DNA from: Blastocladiella emersonii ATCC 22665
Taxonomy: Eukaryota; Fungi; Blastocladiomycota
DNA length: 64,000 nucleotides
Reading direction: 5' to 3'
NCBI GenBank assembly: GCA_025594325.1
Contig: JANHCV010000013.1
Coordinates: forward strand, 1,178,001 to 1,242,000
Of the stretch, positions 33,874-45,447 are shown in pieces (within the stretch, counting starts at the first letter, position 1; the number at the start of each line of letters is the position of its first letter). The position numbers were made by a program, and so were the translations under genes. The notes beneath the pieces are model-generated. The model was not told where the DNA came from and made no database searches. It saw only the letters and a program-made list of their open reading frames with translations.

Positions 33874-34237
33874 CCTAATTAGCTGCTAACCAGCTCCTAA
33901 TCGCTTCCGATACTAATCTACGCTAACTTCGCACTAATCCGTCTCGCGATTAGTCGCACTTCTCTAACGTCGTCGCGCGTCAAACTACGCCTAAGCGCCT
34001 TCAAACTCATTTCTTGCTAGCCGCCTGCTAACCGCGACGCTAGCTCGACTACTAGTCGTTGCTAACCCGCGAACTAACCTCGCGTCGCTAACCCACGATC
34101 CTAACCTGACCATGACTGGTTAGAGATTCGATCGCGCTAACCGGTCTCCTAACCCTTCTTAACCGTTCCGAAAAACCTAAGCGGTGCTAACCTACCCTAA
34201 CCATGGGTTAGGAGCGGGTTAGGGCGATTTCCTAACC
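33874..34237. repeat. Degenerate CTAA(CC)-rich, telomere-like array ending in inverted CCTAACC/GGTTAGG pairs
   Basis: More than 15 CTAA words in ~330 bp, often 9-13 nt apart; CCTAACC-ATG-GGTTAGG at 34196-34212 and GGTTAGG...CCTAACC at 34217-34237. Confidence 0.7.
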
Positions 34238-35539
34238 GGGGTGCTTTTTCACTGTGGAGCTGGAGGCCGTGCGCGTGGAACTTGCGCATCATGGGCGAGT
34301 TGGCAGCCCGCGCGTGGCCGTGCAGGACCGCGATGGCGAGCGAGTTGTACGAGCTGGCGGTGCACCGCTCCTTGAACATGTTCTGGATCCCCTCGTCGAC
34401 GGCGCAGTCGTTGAGGTAGCTGGCAATGCTTTTCAGCGCCTCGTCGTTGCCGCGAAGGCGGTCGAGGACGAACAGCAGCCTCGCGCCGTACGTGTACCAC
34501 ACGGGCTCCGCGCCCATCGGGTCCGCGATGCCGAGCAGTCGGAGGACGTGGTACCAGTCCGAGTCCGTGTCCGTGTCGGCGTCAGGGATCTGCTCAGGCG
34601 CTCGCTTAGGCGCAGACTTGCATACGTCGTCCGATTCCGAATCCGAGGCGAACAAATCCGTCTCGGACTCGGACTCAGATCCATTGCCCACGACAGCGGC
34701 CGTGGTGGCGTCACGGCGCGAGGCCGCGGAGCTGGCGCCGACGGAAGGAGCAGGGAAAAGAACCAGCTGCTCGCCATCCGCGTCCTGCGAGGCGAGCCGC
34801 GCGCGCTTCGCGGAGAGCGACACGGGCGGGGAACTCGCGGCGCGTTTCACTGGCGTCGCCTGCCGCTCGGGTGGGCGGGGCCGATTGGCGACTGTGGTGG
34901 TGGTGGTAGCGTCGTCGAGGGCAACGCGATTGTTGCGGGACGCGAGACGGGAAGCAGATGAAGCAATCGGCAACAGCGGCGGCCTCGCGGGCGGCGTGCA
35001 CGCCGTTGGCCATGGCCCTCACGCGTTCGAGGTTGCACAGCTCCTCGACCTTGCAGCGGTACTCCTCGGGCGTCGTGCTCGCGTCAAAGTTGATGGCGAG
35101 GATGACGGTTCCGCTGCCGGGTGCGCTCGTGTGCAGGAGCGGAGTCCAGTCGCTGGAGGACCCAACAGAGTCGGCAACGATAGCCGAGCACTCAAGGAGG
35201 CCGAAGTTCTTCTTGAAGGCCAGGACACCCTGACTGGTGGTCTCATGCGCGCTAGCACAATCACTGTCCTCGTCGTGTTTATTGCCAATGACAACAATCT
35301 CGCGAGGGCAAAAGTCTAAGGCTATCAGCGTTAGTGTCTTGTGCGTTGCGTTGATCGCGTTGTGGCGCGATTTGACGCATACCGCGGAGAGTGGTGCGGT
35401 CGGACACGGTCAATGGCTCAATCTTGACGTCGAAGTGGGCGCGCGTGGCATCCCTCTCCCGCTCGATCGCGGGATTCGCCATGTTGGGCAGAACGCGCAG
35501 CGGCAAGTCGCATAAAGGCAAGTCTTCATTGAGCTTCAT
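34197..35539 (-). pseudogene. Unknown spliced gene, apparently frameshifted
   Basis: Exon MKLNEDLPL...LR, GTATGC..CTAAC..TAG intron, exon ALDFCPREIVVIGNK...EELCNLERVRAM, then a frame change to the 34197-34973 ORF (acidic stretch, DWYHVLRLLG). Confidence 0.4.
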
Positions 35540-35773
35540 GGTGACCCGTCTTGCGGGAGCGCATGGAGGGGTGGCGCAGGCCGGCGATCAACGAGGACGG
35601 ATATGAAACGAGGCGGGACGTCGCGTGACGGAAACGTGTTTTCGCGACACGTCTCGCGGATCGCAGCGCCGCGAGACACTGGCAATGCGAGAGGATTAAG
35701 GATCAAATCGGACGATTCGAGGAAGGAACAAACGATTCAATCACAGCGAGACACAAAAACGAGAGAGATACAA

Positions 35774-38700
35774 CTAGCGCGAGCCGCTGGTGAAGTGGGG
35801 GTACATCGGGAGCAGGAGCGCGCGCTTGAGCTCGGGCTTGAGCACCCCAAACGACGCGGCCGTCGCCGCCGCGTACTTCTCGGTCCCGGGCTTGGTCATG
35901 GGGAACCGGTTGATGTCGGCGGGGATCGCGTGGTCCGTGGTCGCCGCGTGGCAAAACTCGAGGTACTCGCCCGTCACGTCCGCGTGCTCGCCCATCCACT
36001 TGATGACGGGGAACATGCGCCCGCTCGTGGCTTTGCGGTACGCGTTCTCGGTGAGGTCAATGAGCTTGCGCAGCCGCAGCACGTTGGCGCGCGCGGCGGC
36101 CGACGCGGACTTGGGCGGGAGCGGCGGCACGTACAGGTAGCTGACGTCGAGCGCGGGCGTGAGCCAGAGCGACTTGCCCTGCGGCGGGATCACGACGGGG
36201 CGGTGCACGAAGATCAAGGCGATCACGCCGCGCGTGGAGCCGGGCACACTGCGCGCACCAGTAGGTGCACCGTGCGCGGCATCGATCGCGTGGAGCTTGA
36301 TGGCGCACGCGCCGTCCATTTGCGCCGCGTAATCGAACACCTTCATGATGAGCAGCTTGAGGGCGGTCGCGTTCCACTCGCCGGGCGCGGCGGCAGGAGG
36401 AGCGAGCCCATTCAGCTCGACGGCGGTCGAGCCGAGCGGCCACTCCTTGAGCGTGCACATGCCATTGATGGTCTCCAACGCGACGCCGTGCAGGAAGGCG
36501 GACACGGGCTGGTCGCCGTCAGGGACGGGGAACGGCGCGAGCCGCGGGACAAGCAGGCCGAGTCCAAGCTCGGGCGCAATGGCATGTGCCAGCTTTCGGA
36601 CCGCGACAGCAACTGTCCGTGACTTGTGGTCGACCTCGACGCGAATCGCGCGGGCGGAATACGGCAAGCGAAACGTATGGACCCGGTTGTCCACTTGAAG
36701 CGCCACGGCGCCGCGGTACTGCGCAAGGTCGCGGTCGGGCACAAGCTTGGCCGTGACCTTGTTGCGGCCCCGCGGCAGAGCGAGAACGAGAGTGCCGAGC
36801 TCATCAGCAAGCTCGTCGTCAGTGAGCTTGACCGCGCTCAAGTGCCACGCCGGCGGCGGATTCGAATCGGCCGCCGCGTGAGCCATGACGCCGCGGATAG
36901 CGCACTGCAAGTCTGCGACTGGGACGTCGGTTACCGTGACCGCAGAAGAAGCAGACTGCGACGAATCGAATGCCAAGACGTTGGTGATACACACCGGATC
37001 AGGGTCATCAGTTGGGCGAGACGAATCCAAGGAATGCATGGCGGGGACGGCATGGAGCGAGAAGCAGAGGCCCGCTTTGCCCTCGGCAAAGTCACGGTCA
37101 AGGTACCAAGTAACGTGAACGCGCTTGCTGTCATGAGGATCCGCAACGACGTTCAAGCTTTTATAGTACTCGGGCCACCGCGTCTTGTCAGTCTCCATTG
37201 CGACGCGGATGCAGCACACGTCGAGGTCATGCCAGTCGACGATTTCGAATGTGGCACTCGCGCGCAGCACGCGGTCGTAGCCCTGGATCGCGGCCACACT
37301 GGGCCCAAAGCCGTGGGTGCGCGCAAAGACGGACCGCTCCGGGGTAAGACTCTGGATACCGTCAGCGAATACCTCGCCAAATAGTTGGGCGGTCAAGTGA
37401 TTGATCCAGAAAGGAAGCGCGAGGAAAGGCGTGGAGCCATACCACACAAGTCGGCGTGCAGCCATCGAATACGCGAGCAGCTTGACGCCAAAGGAAGGAG
37501 TCAGGAAAGGTCCGCCTACAGGTCATTCCGCGAAAATGCGGTTGTTCAGTCAATCGATTCGCTCAGCTGAAGGTCAAGCGGTTGCATGAATGCGTACCGC
37601 GCGCGTACTTTTCGGAGTCGTCCAAGTCGTCCATACCGACAAGCTCGGTCACAAGCGACAAAAGCGGTTCCGAGGCGAGGACGGAAATGGGCACGTCGGG
37701 GGTCTCGAGCTTGACAAAGGTGACGTCGTGGTACTGCATGACTCCCGACGAGCCGCGGCCGTTCGGCGCGAACGGACGGACGTGTGCGAGCCAGTGAGAG
37801 AAAGGACCGCCCAGCTCCTCGCGGATCGCAACCCCGAAGAGCGGAGGGAACGCGAGCGGGGGCAGCTGGAACAGCGCATCGATAACCTCGGCGGTATCCT
37901 CGAGATCCACCCCAACAAGCTTGTTCGCACACAAGCGGAGAAGCGACTTGTCACCCGCGGTGGCGTGGTTGTGCTTGAGCAAGTGCGAGCCGTGCAGGAC
38001 GAGATTTAGCGCGCCGCAGCGGTGCATCAGCGTCGACGTGTCCACGACGTCGAAGCGCTGCGCGGGATCCGCGAGGAACTGCTCCATGACAAGGACCGCG
38101 TCGCCAATCACAAAAGTGAGATCGACTTGGCGGGAAGCATCCACGGCATCCGGATCGAAAGCGTCAGAGAGCGCGCGCAGCCACGTCTGGAGCTCCAAAA
38201 CCAGAGAACGCTGGATACTGCCCATGGCGGCGTTGAAGAAGATACCCGAAACGGCGACCGAAAGAATCTCGGGCGACTCGCCCTCCTCAGCGATGAAGGT
38301 CGGATTGACAATCGACTTGGGACCCTCGGACTCCGAGTAGTGGCGGCCGGACGTCTCGAAGAAGGCGCCGTTCTCGATGTGGCGCTCGACCTCGCACCGC
38401 ACGGATGCGGCGCGCGACGCCCTGAGCATTTCGGGGTGGTCGAAGGTGACCGCGTACGTTGCCTGGGCCGCCAGCACCTTGCGGAGGGGACCGAGGTCGT
38501 CCTCGCAGGTGCAGTCGCCCTCGCAGTCGTCGTGCAGCTCGTCAATGACGTCCGTAATGCGGCTATGCGTGAACGCCGGGGTGCCGAGCAGCGCTTTGCG
38601 GTGCTAGGTTTGGTGCGTGGACGAAGGGAGAGTCTCCGAAAGCGCGAGCCAGCGGTGCAAGCAGGCGCGCACGGCATGCAGAGTCGTCCCGTCTGCGACG

Positions 38701-39152
38701 CGGACGGGCGAGGTGGGCGAGGTCCAGTCGAAATCGAGGCAGTCGTGCAGCCGGTCCTGCCAAAACTCGAGCGTCAAGCCCTGGAGGTGCTCCGAGAGCC
38801 AGACTTGGGCGAGCAGGATCTCGAGCGCCGCGCGGTCGAAGGTCGAGTACATGAGAGCGTGCAGGATAAGCAGCGAGCGCGCGATCGGCTCGGGGCGCAG
38901 GTCGTTGAGCGTGAAAGACATGGCGGCGCGCGAGCCCTTGCGCTCAGCTTCGCCGAGCGTATGCGCGACCGAGCGCAAGTCATTGAAGCCGCACAGCAGC
39001 GCGCTCAGCTTGCGGTCCGGTTTACTGGCATCGTGGTAGAGGAACACGTCGGTGGCGTAAGTGTCGCGGAACGGGTCAAAGTGCTTGGGCGGGCACTTGT
39101 AGAGGACCGTCGCGCTCGTCTGCGTCGGTATAAATTTCGGCGAAGAGTCCAT
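35774..39152 (-). pseudogene. Long DUF4470-domain gene with an in-frame TAG at 38604-38606
   Basis: The N-terminal DUF4470-like ORF 38604-39152 is in frame with ORF 37563-38477 across a single TAG. An intron (~37590-37520, GTACGC...TGTAG) joins it to ORF 35774-37465 (RFDVVDTSTLMHRCGALNLV is typical of this family). No MYND finger seen. Confidence 0.65.
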
Positions 39153-39818
39153 TGCGGCAAGTTACTCCATCAGTTTTGCATAGCAGGTCCAGGGTCCAGG
39201 TAGAGACAGCGGTTGCGAGGCGTCCACGGGGCGACTCACACAACTCGCATGAGCTTCACGCACACGTGCTTCTCAGACACGTCTCGCTGCTTGGGTGGTG
39301 CGAGCGTCCTTGCTTAAAGTCTCCACAAGATAGCTGAGAAAATCGGGCGACGGCTAAAGGGCGCGACGAGGGATACGCTCGGATGCCCAAGCGACAGAGC
39401 AGGTGTTTGGTGTGCGCTTCAGGATTCAGCGGTCAACGCGCCCATGAGCTATCTTGAACGATGACGGAGATGTACCTTGGTTCACCGTCTAGGCTCAGGT
39501 GGAGCGATCTCTTCGGATCCGGCGGCTCGGACGCACTGGCTCGGACGCGCCGGGCACGCGGCACGTGCGCGAGACGCGTCGGGTGCGAGACGCGCGAGAC
39601 GTCCGTGTCTCGCACGGCGTATTGCGTGTCCCGCGTGCCCGCGATGATACGCCGCGCTCCCAACTTGATGCGCTCGGCTGCGTGTGCGCGCCCGATTCCG
39701 GATGCTCCGTCCTCGCCCACGATCCACCACACCCTTGCCCATGTAACTTGCTGCAGCAGACTCTTCAACAACACCGCATAGACCTAGACGTTTCCTCCCT
39801 CCACCCCCCTCTCCATCC

Positions 39819-42800
39819 ATGGCCGCGCACGGAGGCCCCCGCACCGAGAGCCTCGACGAGGCCGCGCCGCCGCCCGTGGTCGCCGTCGTCGAGGCGCTGT
39901 ACGACTACACAGCGCAGGAGCCCAACTGCATCAACCTGGTGCGGGGCGCCATCGTCTACGTCGTCGAGAAGCACGACTCGGGATGGTGGGACGGCGTGTG
40001 CAGCGGCCACCGCGGATGGTTCCCGTCCAACTTTGTCCGCGCCGTCGACCTCGCTGCCGGCACGCCCGCACCGCCGCCGCCCGAGCAGCAGCTGCAGCCG
40101 GCGGCTGCGCACTCGACCTCAACCGACTCCAACGCGACGACGACCTGGAGCGATGACGCTACGGCCCGCACCACGTCGACCGGGCCCGACCCGGCCGCCG
40201 CGTACTCGCCCGCCCACGCGGGCAGCGCTGACCCGCGCCAAGTCCTGCGCGGCACCGACGTGCGGCGGCGCGAGCGGCCCATGTCGATTGCGCCGACGTC
40301 GGCCGAGGTCCTGCAGTCGTACATGGCCGACGGCACCTACACGCCGGTCGCGACGACCGTCGCGTCGACCAAGTACCCCGCGCCGCGCGCGCCGAACGCC
40401 GCCGCCGCCGTTGACGCGCAGGCCGCGGTACCGCGGTCGCCGCTCAACTCCAACCACGAGCTCCAGCGCCAGCACGCGGTCGGGTCCGCGCACTCAATCC
40501 ACGCGTCCAACGCGGTACGTTGCTCGCGCGCGTCGAGTGTTTCGTCGACCCAAATCTGACCGTGTGTGCGATCTAGTCCATCTCGGGCTCGATAGGCGCG
40601 CTCAACCAGACGCCGACCTCTGCGCATCCCGCGACACAACCCGCTGCCGCCACCGCGGGGTCGGCGGCCTCGACCATCAATTTGCCGCCCAACTGGCGCG
40701 CGCGGCAGACGGCCGACGGCCAGGTCTACTACTACAACACCGTCTCGAACGAGACACGGTGGAGCATGACGGGCCACGACCGGCAACACGAGCCCGCCGC
40801 CACCGCCGAGCCCGGGCACGAGGAGGAGGGCATGATGGTACGCCCCAACTGCGCGCGACCTTCGGCGGCCCAGCTCACCCCCCGCCCCTTCGTGTAGCGA
40901 CCGCGCAAGGACTCGAACCTGCTATCGTCCATGATGCTCGCGAACCCAGCGCCCGCCGTGCCCGTCGTGAAACCCCCCGTCCCGACCTGGGAATCCCTGA
41001 TCGCGGGGATCCTGGTGACCATCTCGCACCTGAACGACTCGGCCAAGCTGGGCGACAAGGTACAGTACACGGTGCAGACGCAGGCCATCGTGCAGGCGGT
41101 GCACGACATGCTGCTGAGCAGCGGCACCACGTCCAAGAACGCGCGCGCCCTCGCCAACAACGTGCAGCTCAAGTCGTACCACCACCAGCTGCTGTCGTCG
41201 GTCGCCAAGCTCATGCTCGCCGCCCGCGTCGCGTCCGGCGTGTGGCCGCCGCCCGACGCCGTCAACCGGATGCGGCACCAGGCGGGGCAGGTGCTGCTCG
41301 CGATCCGGCACTTTGTTTCCGCCGCGCAGGACGCGCAGCTCAAGCTCACGCCGATCCCGGACCGCAGCGCGCCGTCGTCGGCCGCGACCACCGCTGCTCC
41401 ACCCTCGGCGACCTCGGCCGCGCCAGGCGGCAACGGGACCGACGACGACTTTGACGTGTCGAGCGTGCACCTAACGGACGTTGCGCTCGTGAGCAAGCTC
41501 GACAAGGAGGGCGAGGCGATCCAGCTGCAGCTGACGTCGGTGAGTTCGCGCGTGGTGACAGACCACGCGGGTTCGCCCGAGCTCGTATCCCTAACGCGCG
41601 ACGCGGTCGTCAAGGTGGGCCAGCTCCTCTCCCTGCTCGAGGACTTCCGCGTCATCGCGCGGCCCGACGACGTGTCGATGGCGTCGCTCGTGTCCGACTT
41701 CCGTTCGCGCAAGGACGCGCTGTACGCGTGGGTCAACGACCTGGTGACGGCGGTGCGGACTATCATGGACGAATTTGCGCCGCCGAACGCGCTGCAGTTT
41801 CTGGCGACGACGAGCGCGGTCGTGCAGCAGGGCGTCGCGGACCTGATCACCGCCGTCAAGCTGATCATCGAGGAGAAGGCGCTGTTCGAGCAGTCGGTCC
41901 TGCAGGGCCAGGTCACCATGATCGAGGACCACAAGCGCGACAGCGACCTGTCGATCCTCCAGCGCCGCGCCATGTCGCTCAACTTCCTCTCGCTCGCCCA
42001 CACGTCGCAGGGCGGCGGGAGTAACGGGAGCCTGTCGCTCATGCCCGACACGCCCGTGTCCGGCGGGCTCACGGGGATGTCGACCATGGACCGCGACGGC
42101 AGCATCGGCACGGGCAACGGGACCCACGGGCCGGGCACCCCGACGGGCACGCTGCACCCGCAGGGCGCCGGCGGGTCGCACCACCAGATCCACCACCACC
42201 ACGCGCACTCGTCGCCGGGCATCCACTACTCGGCGCCACACGCCGGCGGCGGGTCGAACGCGGGCACGCTGACGATCCGGACCAGCGGGACGAACGGCAG
42301 CCTCAGCGACATGGGCAACGGCGGCGGGGAGCCCGCGAGTTCGATCGCGACAGCGGGGTCCGGTGCACCGCCCATCTCGGCGCCCGCCGCCGACGGTACC
42401 GACGGTAGCGGCGCGCCCGCGGCAGCCAAGGTCAACCTCCCGCCGCGGACCGTGAGCTCGTCGTCGCACCTGGGCGTGCTGGGGTTCTCGGAGCGCGAGA
42501 ACTCGCTGGACCGGCCCGCGCGGCGCGTGACGGCCGACTTCAAGCAGCGTGTGCCCGGATCGAACATGAACGCGTCGTCGAGCACGTCGTCGCTCGACAG
42601 CACGAAGCTGACTAAGTTCTTTGGCGAGAACGCGACGGTCCTCAACCGGAGCAAGGACCGCGAGGCGGCGGCGGCCGCCGCGGGCAAGAAGTGGTACCTG
42701 GACCACGACTACGCGCCGGGCGACCTGACGCTGAACATGGAGGGCCAGGTGAGCGGCGGCACGCTGGCGGCCTTGGTCGAGCGGCTGACGCTGCACGACA

Positions 42801-44204
42801 GCACCATCGACACCACGTTTCTGCAGGCGTTCCTGCTCACGTTCCGCGCCTTCACGACGCCCGACGCGCTGCTGCACCAGCTCGCTTTGCGTTTCACGCT
42901 GCCGTGCCCCGAGGGGCTCGCGGCGGCCGAGGAGGACGAGTGGCGCGACCGCAAGCAGACGCCGATCCGGCTGCGCGTCTTCAACGTGCTCAAGACGTGG
43001 CTCGACGTGTACTACCAGGACGCGGCCGACGACGCGTGCCTTACGCCGATCCAGCAGTTCGCGACCGTCGTCATGGAGCCCGTCCTGCCGCAGCCCGCGA
43101 AGCGGATCCTCGAGCTCGTCCAGCGCCGCGTCGCGAACTTGGGCGTCGGGACCCCCGTCGCGCGCGCCGTGCCAAGGTCGCGCACCACGTCGCACGACCC
43201 GAGCGGGAACTTCAACGCGTCGTCGTCATCGCTCGGATCCGTGTCCGGTTCCGTCGGCGGGAGCGGTGGGGGTGGGGGTGGGCGGAACGGCGCGGCGCCG
43301 CCGCCCATCATGCCGCGGCTGCCGATCAAGTCGTTCATGGACATTGACCCGCTCGAGCTCGCGCGGCAGCTGACGATCATCGAGGGCCGCATGCTGGCGG
43401 CGATCCAGCCGTTCGAGCTGCTCAACCAGGATTTCTCGAAAAAGAACCAGCCCGTCGCCCTGCACGTCAAAGCCATGGTCAACTTCTCGACGCAGCTGTC
43501 GAGCTGGGTCGCCGAGTCGATCCTGCACGACAGCGAGCCCAAGAAGCGGTGCAGCGTCATCAAGTTCTGGCTCAAGACGGCCGATGTACGTGTTGTCTCT
43601 CGAGGGTCTAGGGCGAGAGCTGACGGTGTGTTTTTTTCGCGAGTGTAGAAGACGCACTCGCTCAACAACTTCAGCTCGCTCAAGTCGATCATCGGCGCGC
43701 TCGACTCGTCGACGGTGGCGCGGCTGTCCAAGACGTGGGATGTACGTCCTCTCCCCCACTCAATCCGCGCGCGATCCCGCCCTGACCCTCGCCCACGCAT
43801 AGCTCCTCCCGGACAAGCACCGGCACACGCTCGAGACGCTCCGCGCAGCGACCGACCACTCGCGCAACTTCGCGGCGTACCGCGCAGTCCTCAAGACGAT
43901 CGTACCGCCGTGCGTGCCGTTCCTGGGCATGTACCTGACGGACCTGACGTTCATCCACGATGGCAATCCGGAGTTCCGCGGCGCGGACCGCAAGCTCATC
44001 AACTTCGACAAGTACCTCAAGACGGCGCGCACGGTCTTCGACCTGCTGCGGTTCCAGGCGCCGTCCATGGGCCTGGCCGAGGTGCAGGAGGTGCAGGAGG
44101 TGATCCAGGAAGCCGTGCGGTCGACCAAGACCAAGGGGAACCCCGACGAGCTGTACCGGCTGTCGCTGATTCTCGAGCCGCGGGTCGCGTCGCCGTCGTC
44201 GTGA
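39819..44204 (+). CDS. CDC25: Ras guanine-nucleotide exchange factor (SH3, WW, RasGEF_N, RasGEF); 5 exons
   Basis: SH3 (VEALYDY...SGWWDG...GWFPSNFV), WW (LPPNW...VYYYN...ETRW), REM (GGTLAALVERL...FLLTFRAF), CDC25 domain (IDPLELARQLT...LNNFSSL...PCVPFLGMYLTDLTFIHDGNP...INFDK). Introns after 40514, 40837, 43585 and ~43741 are GT-AG and frame-consistent. Confidence 0.92.
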
Positions 44205-44275
44205 GATGTGTGTGTGAAAGAGCCTAGTCAAATCCATGTATTCGTAAGTTCGGTACTGCTTCCGCGCTGCAACAT

Positions 44276-45177
44276 CTAAGCGTCGTCACTCGCGGGCGCG
44301 GCGAGGGCGGCCGCCGCGGCAGGGTCCATCTTGGTGAGGTGCTTGGACAGGAGCTTCTGCATGGTGAACGAGTGGACCGTGTCGACGCCGAACAGCGACT
44401 TGAGCGGGCCGTCGCACACAATTTTGATCTTGCTGTTGGGGTCCTGCAGGTTGTGCTCCTTGATGTAGGCCCACAGGCCCTTGACGACCTGGTGGCGCGG
44501 GCGTGGGTCGGGCCCGATCACCGCGGCGAGGTCGGGCGACAGCACCTGCAGCGCGTTGAACGGGTTGTTGGGCGACGACTTGCGCGGCTTCTTGGCCTTG
44601 CGGTCGTCGTAGTCGGACCCGTCGCCGCCCGCGCCGTCGTCGTCGTCGCTGTCCTCGACCAGATCGCCCGACTTGGCCGATGCCGCGCGACGCGGACGCT
44701 TCTTGGTCGTCGACGATGCGGCGGCGGAGGCCTTTTTCGGCGCCGCCTTGGCCTTGGCCTTGGCCTTGGGCGCCGCGCGGGGCTTTGGTGGCGGGGACTA
44801 GCAGCAGCAGGTCGCACGTCAGCCCTGGTCCGCACGGATCGCGACGCGTGAACGTACTGGTGGCCGCTCCTCCTCGCTATCAACCTCCTCCTCCTCCTCC
44901 TCGGGCGCAGCAAACTCGGGGTAATCGGTGACGATACGCTCGAGGAGGCCCTTGATATCGTTCTTGCGCGACGCGAGATCGACGCCGCCGAGGCGCTTCT
45001 CGAGCAGCTCGCGCAGCTGCTTGCGCGTCAGCAGCAGCGCGTCGCGGCCGCCGTTCTCGCGCAGCACCGCGACAATGTGCGGCTCGAGCGCGACGCTACG
45101 GGGGTCGCCGTGCGGGGTCAGCGGTCGGCCGCGATCGATCGGGGGTGGTGGGGGTACGTTGTTGGGTCAGTCTCCAT
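44276..45177 (-). CDS. DEK-C + SWIB/MDM2 domain protein (Tri1/Uaf30-like); 3 exons
   Basis: DEK-C (TRKQLRELLEKRLGGVDLASRKNDI) and SWIB (LSPDLAAVIG...RHQVVKGLWAYIKEHNLQDP...IVCDGPLKSLFG...SFTMQKLLSKHL). Confidence 0.85.
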
Positions 45178-45447
45178 TGCAGCAATGTGTGTGTGTGTTG
45201 TGTTGTTGTTGTGTTGTTGTTGCGGGTAGGGAGGGAATAGCGAACACGCGAACGCGAACGCGACCGGTCGACAAGGCCGCGCGTCAAAAGCGCGAGTGGC
45301 ACAGCAACGCGTCACGTGCGCCGCCGTGACATCAAATCGCACTCGCGCGCCGACCGCGTTCCCCTGCCTCTGTCCAACGCCATCCTCGACGCCGACCAGG
45401 AAATCGTGACGGCTGACCAACGGCCAACCCGCAACGCATCACACACC

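Noticed and set aside
33874-34237. True chromosome end
   Set aside because: The repeats are irregular and flanked by genic DNA on both sides; kept only as an interstitial telomere-like finding.
3694-38606. Alternative genetic code suggested by in-frame TGA (3694) and TAG (38604)
   Set aside because: Conserved genes in the window end normally with TGA (CDC25) and TAG (SPB4, subtilisins, pol) and use TGG for Trp; nonsense mutations in decaying genes are simpler.
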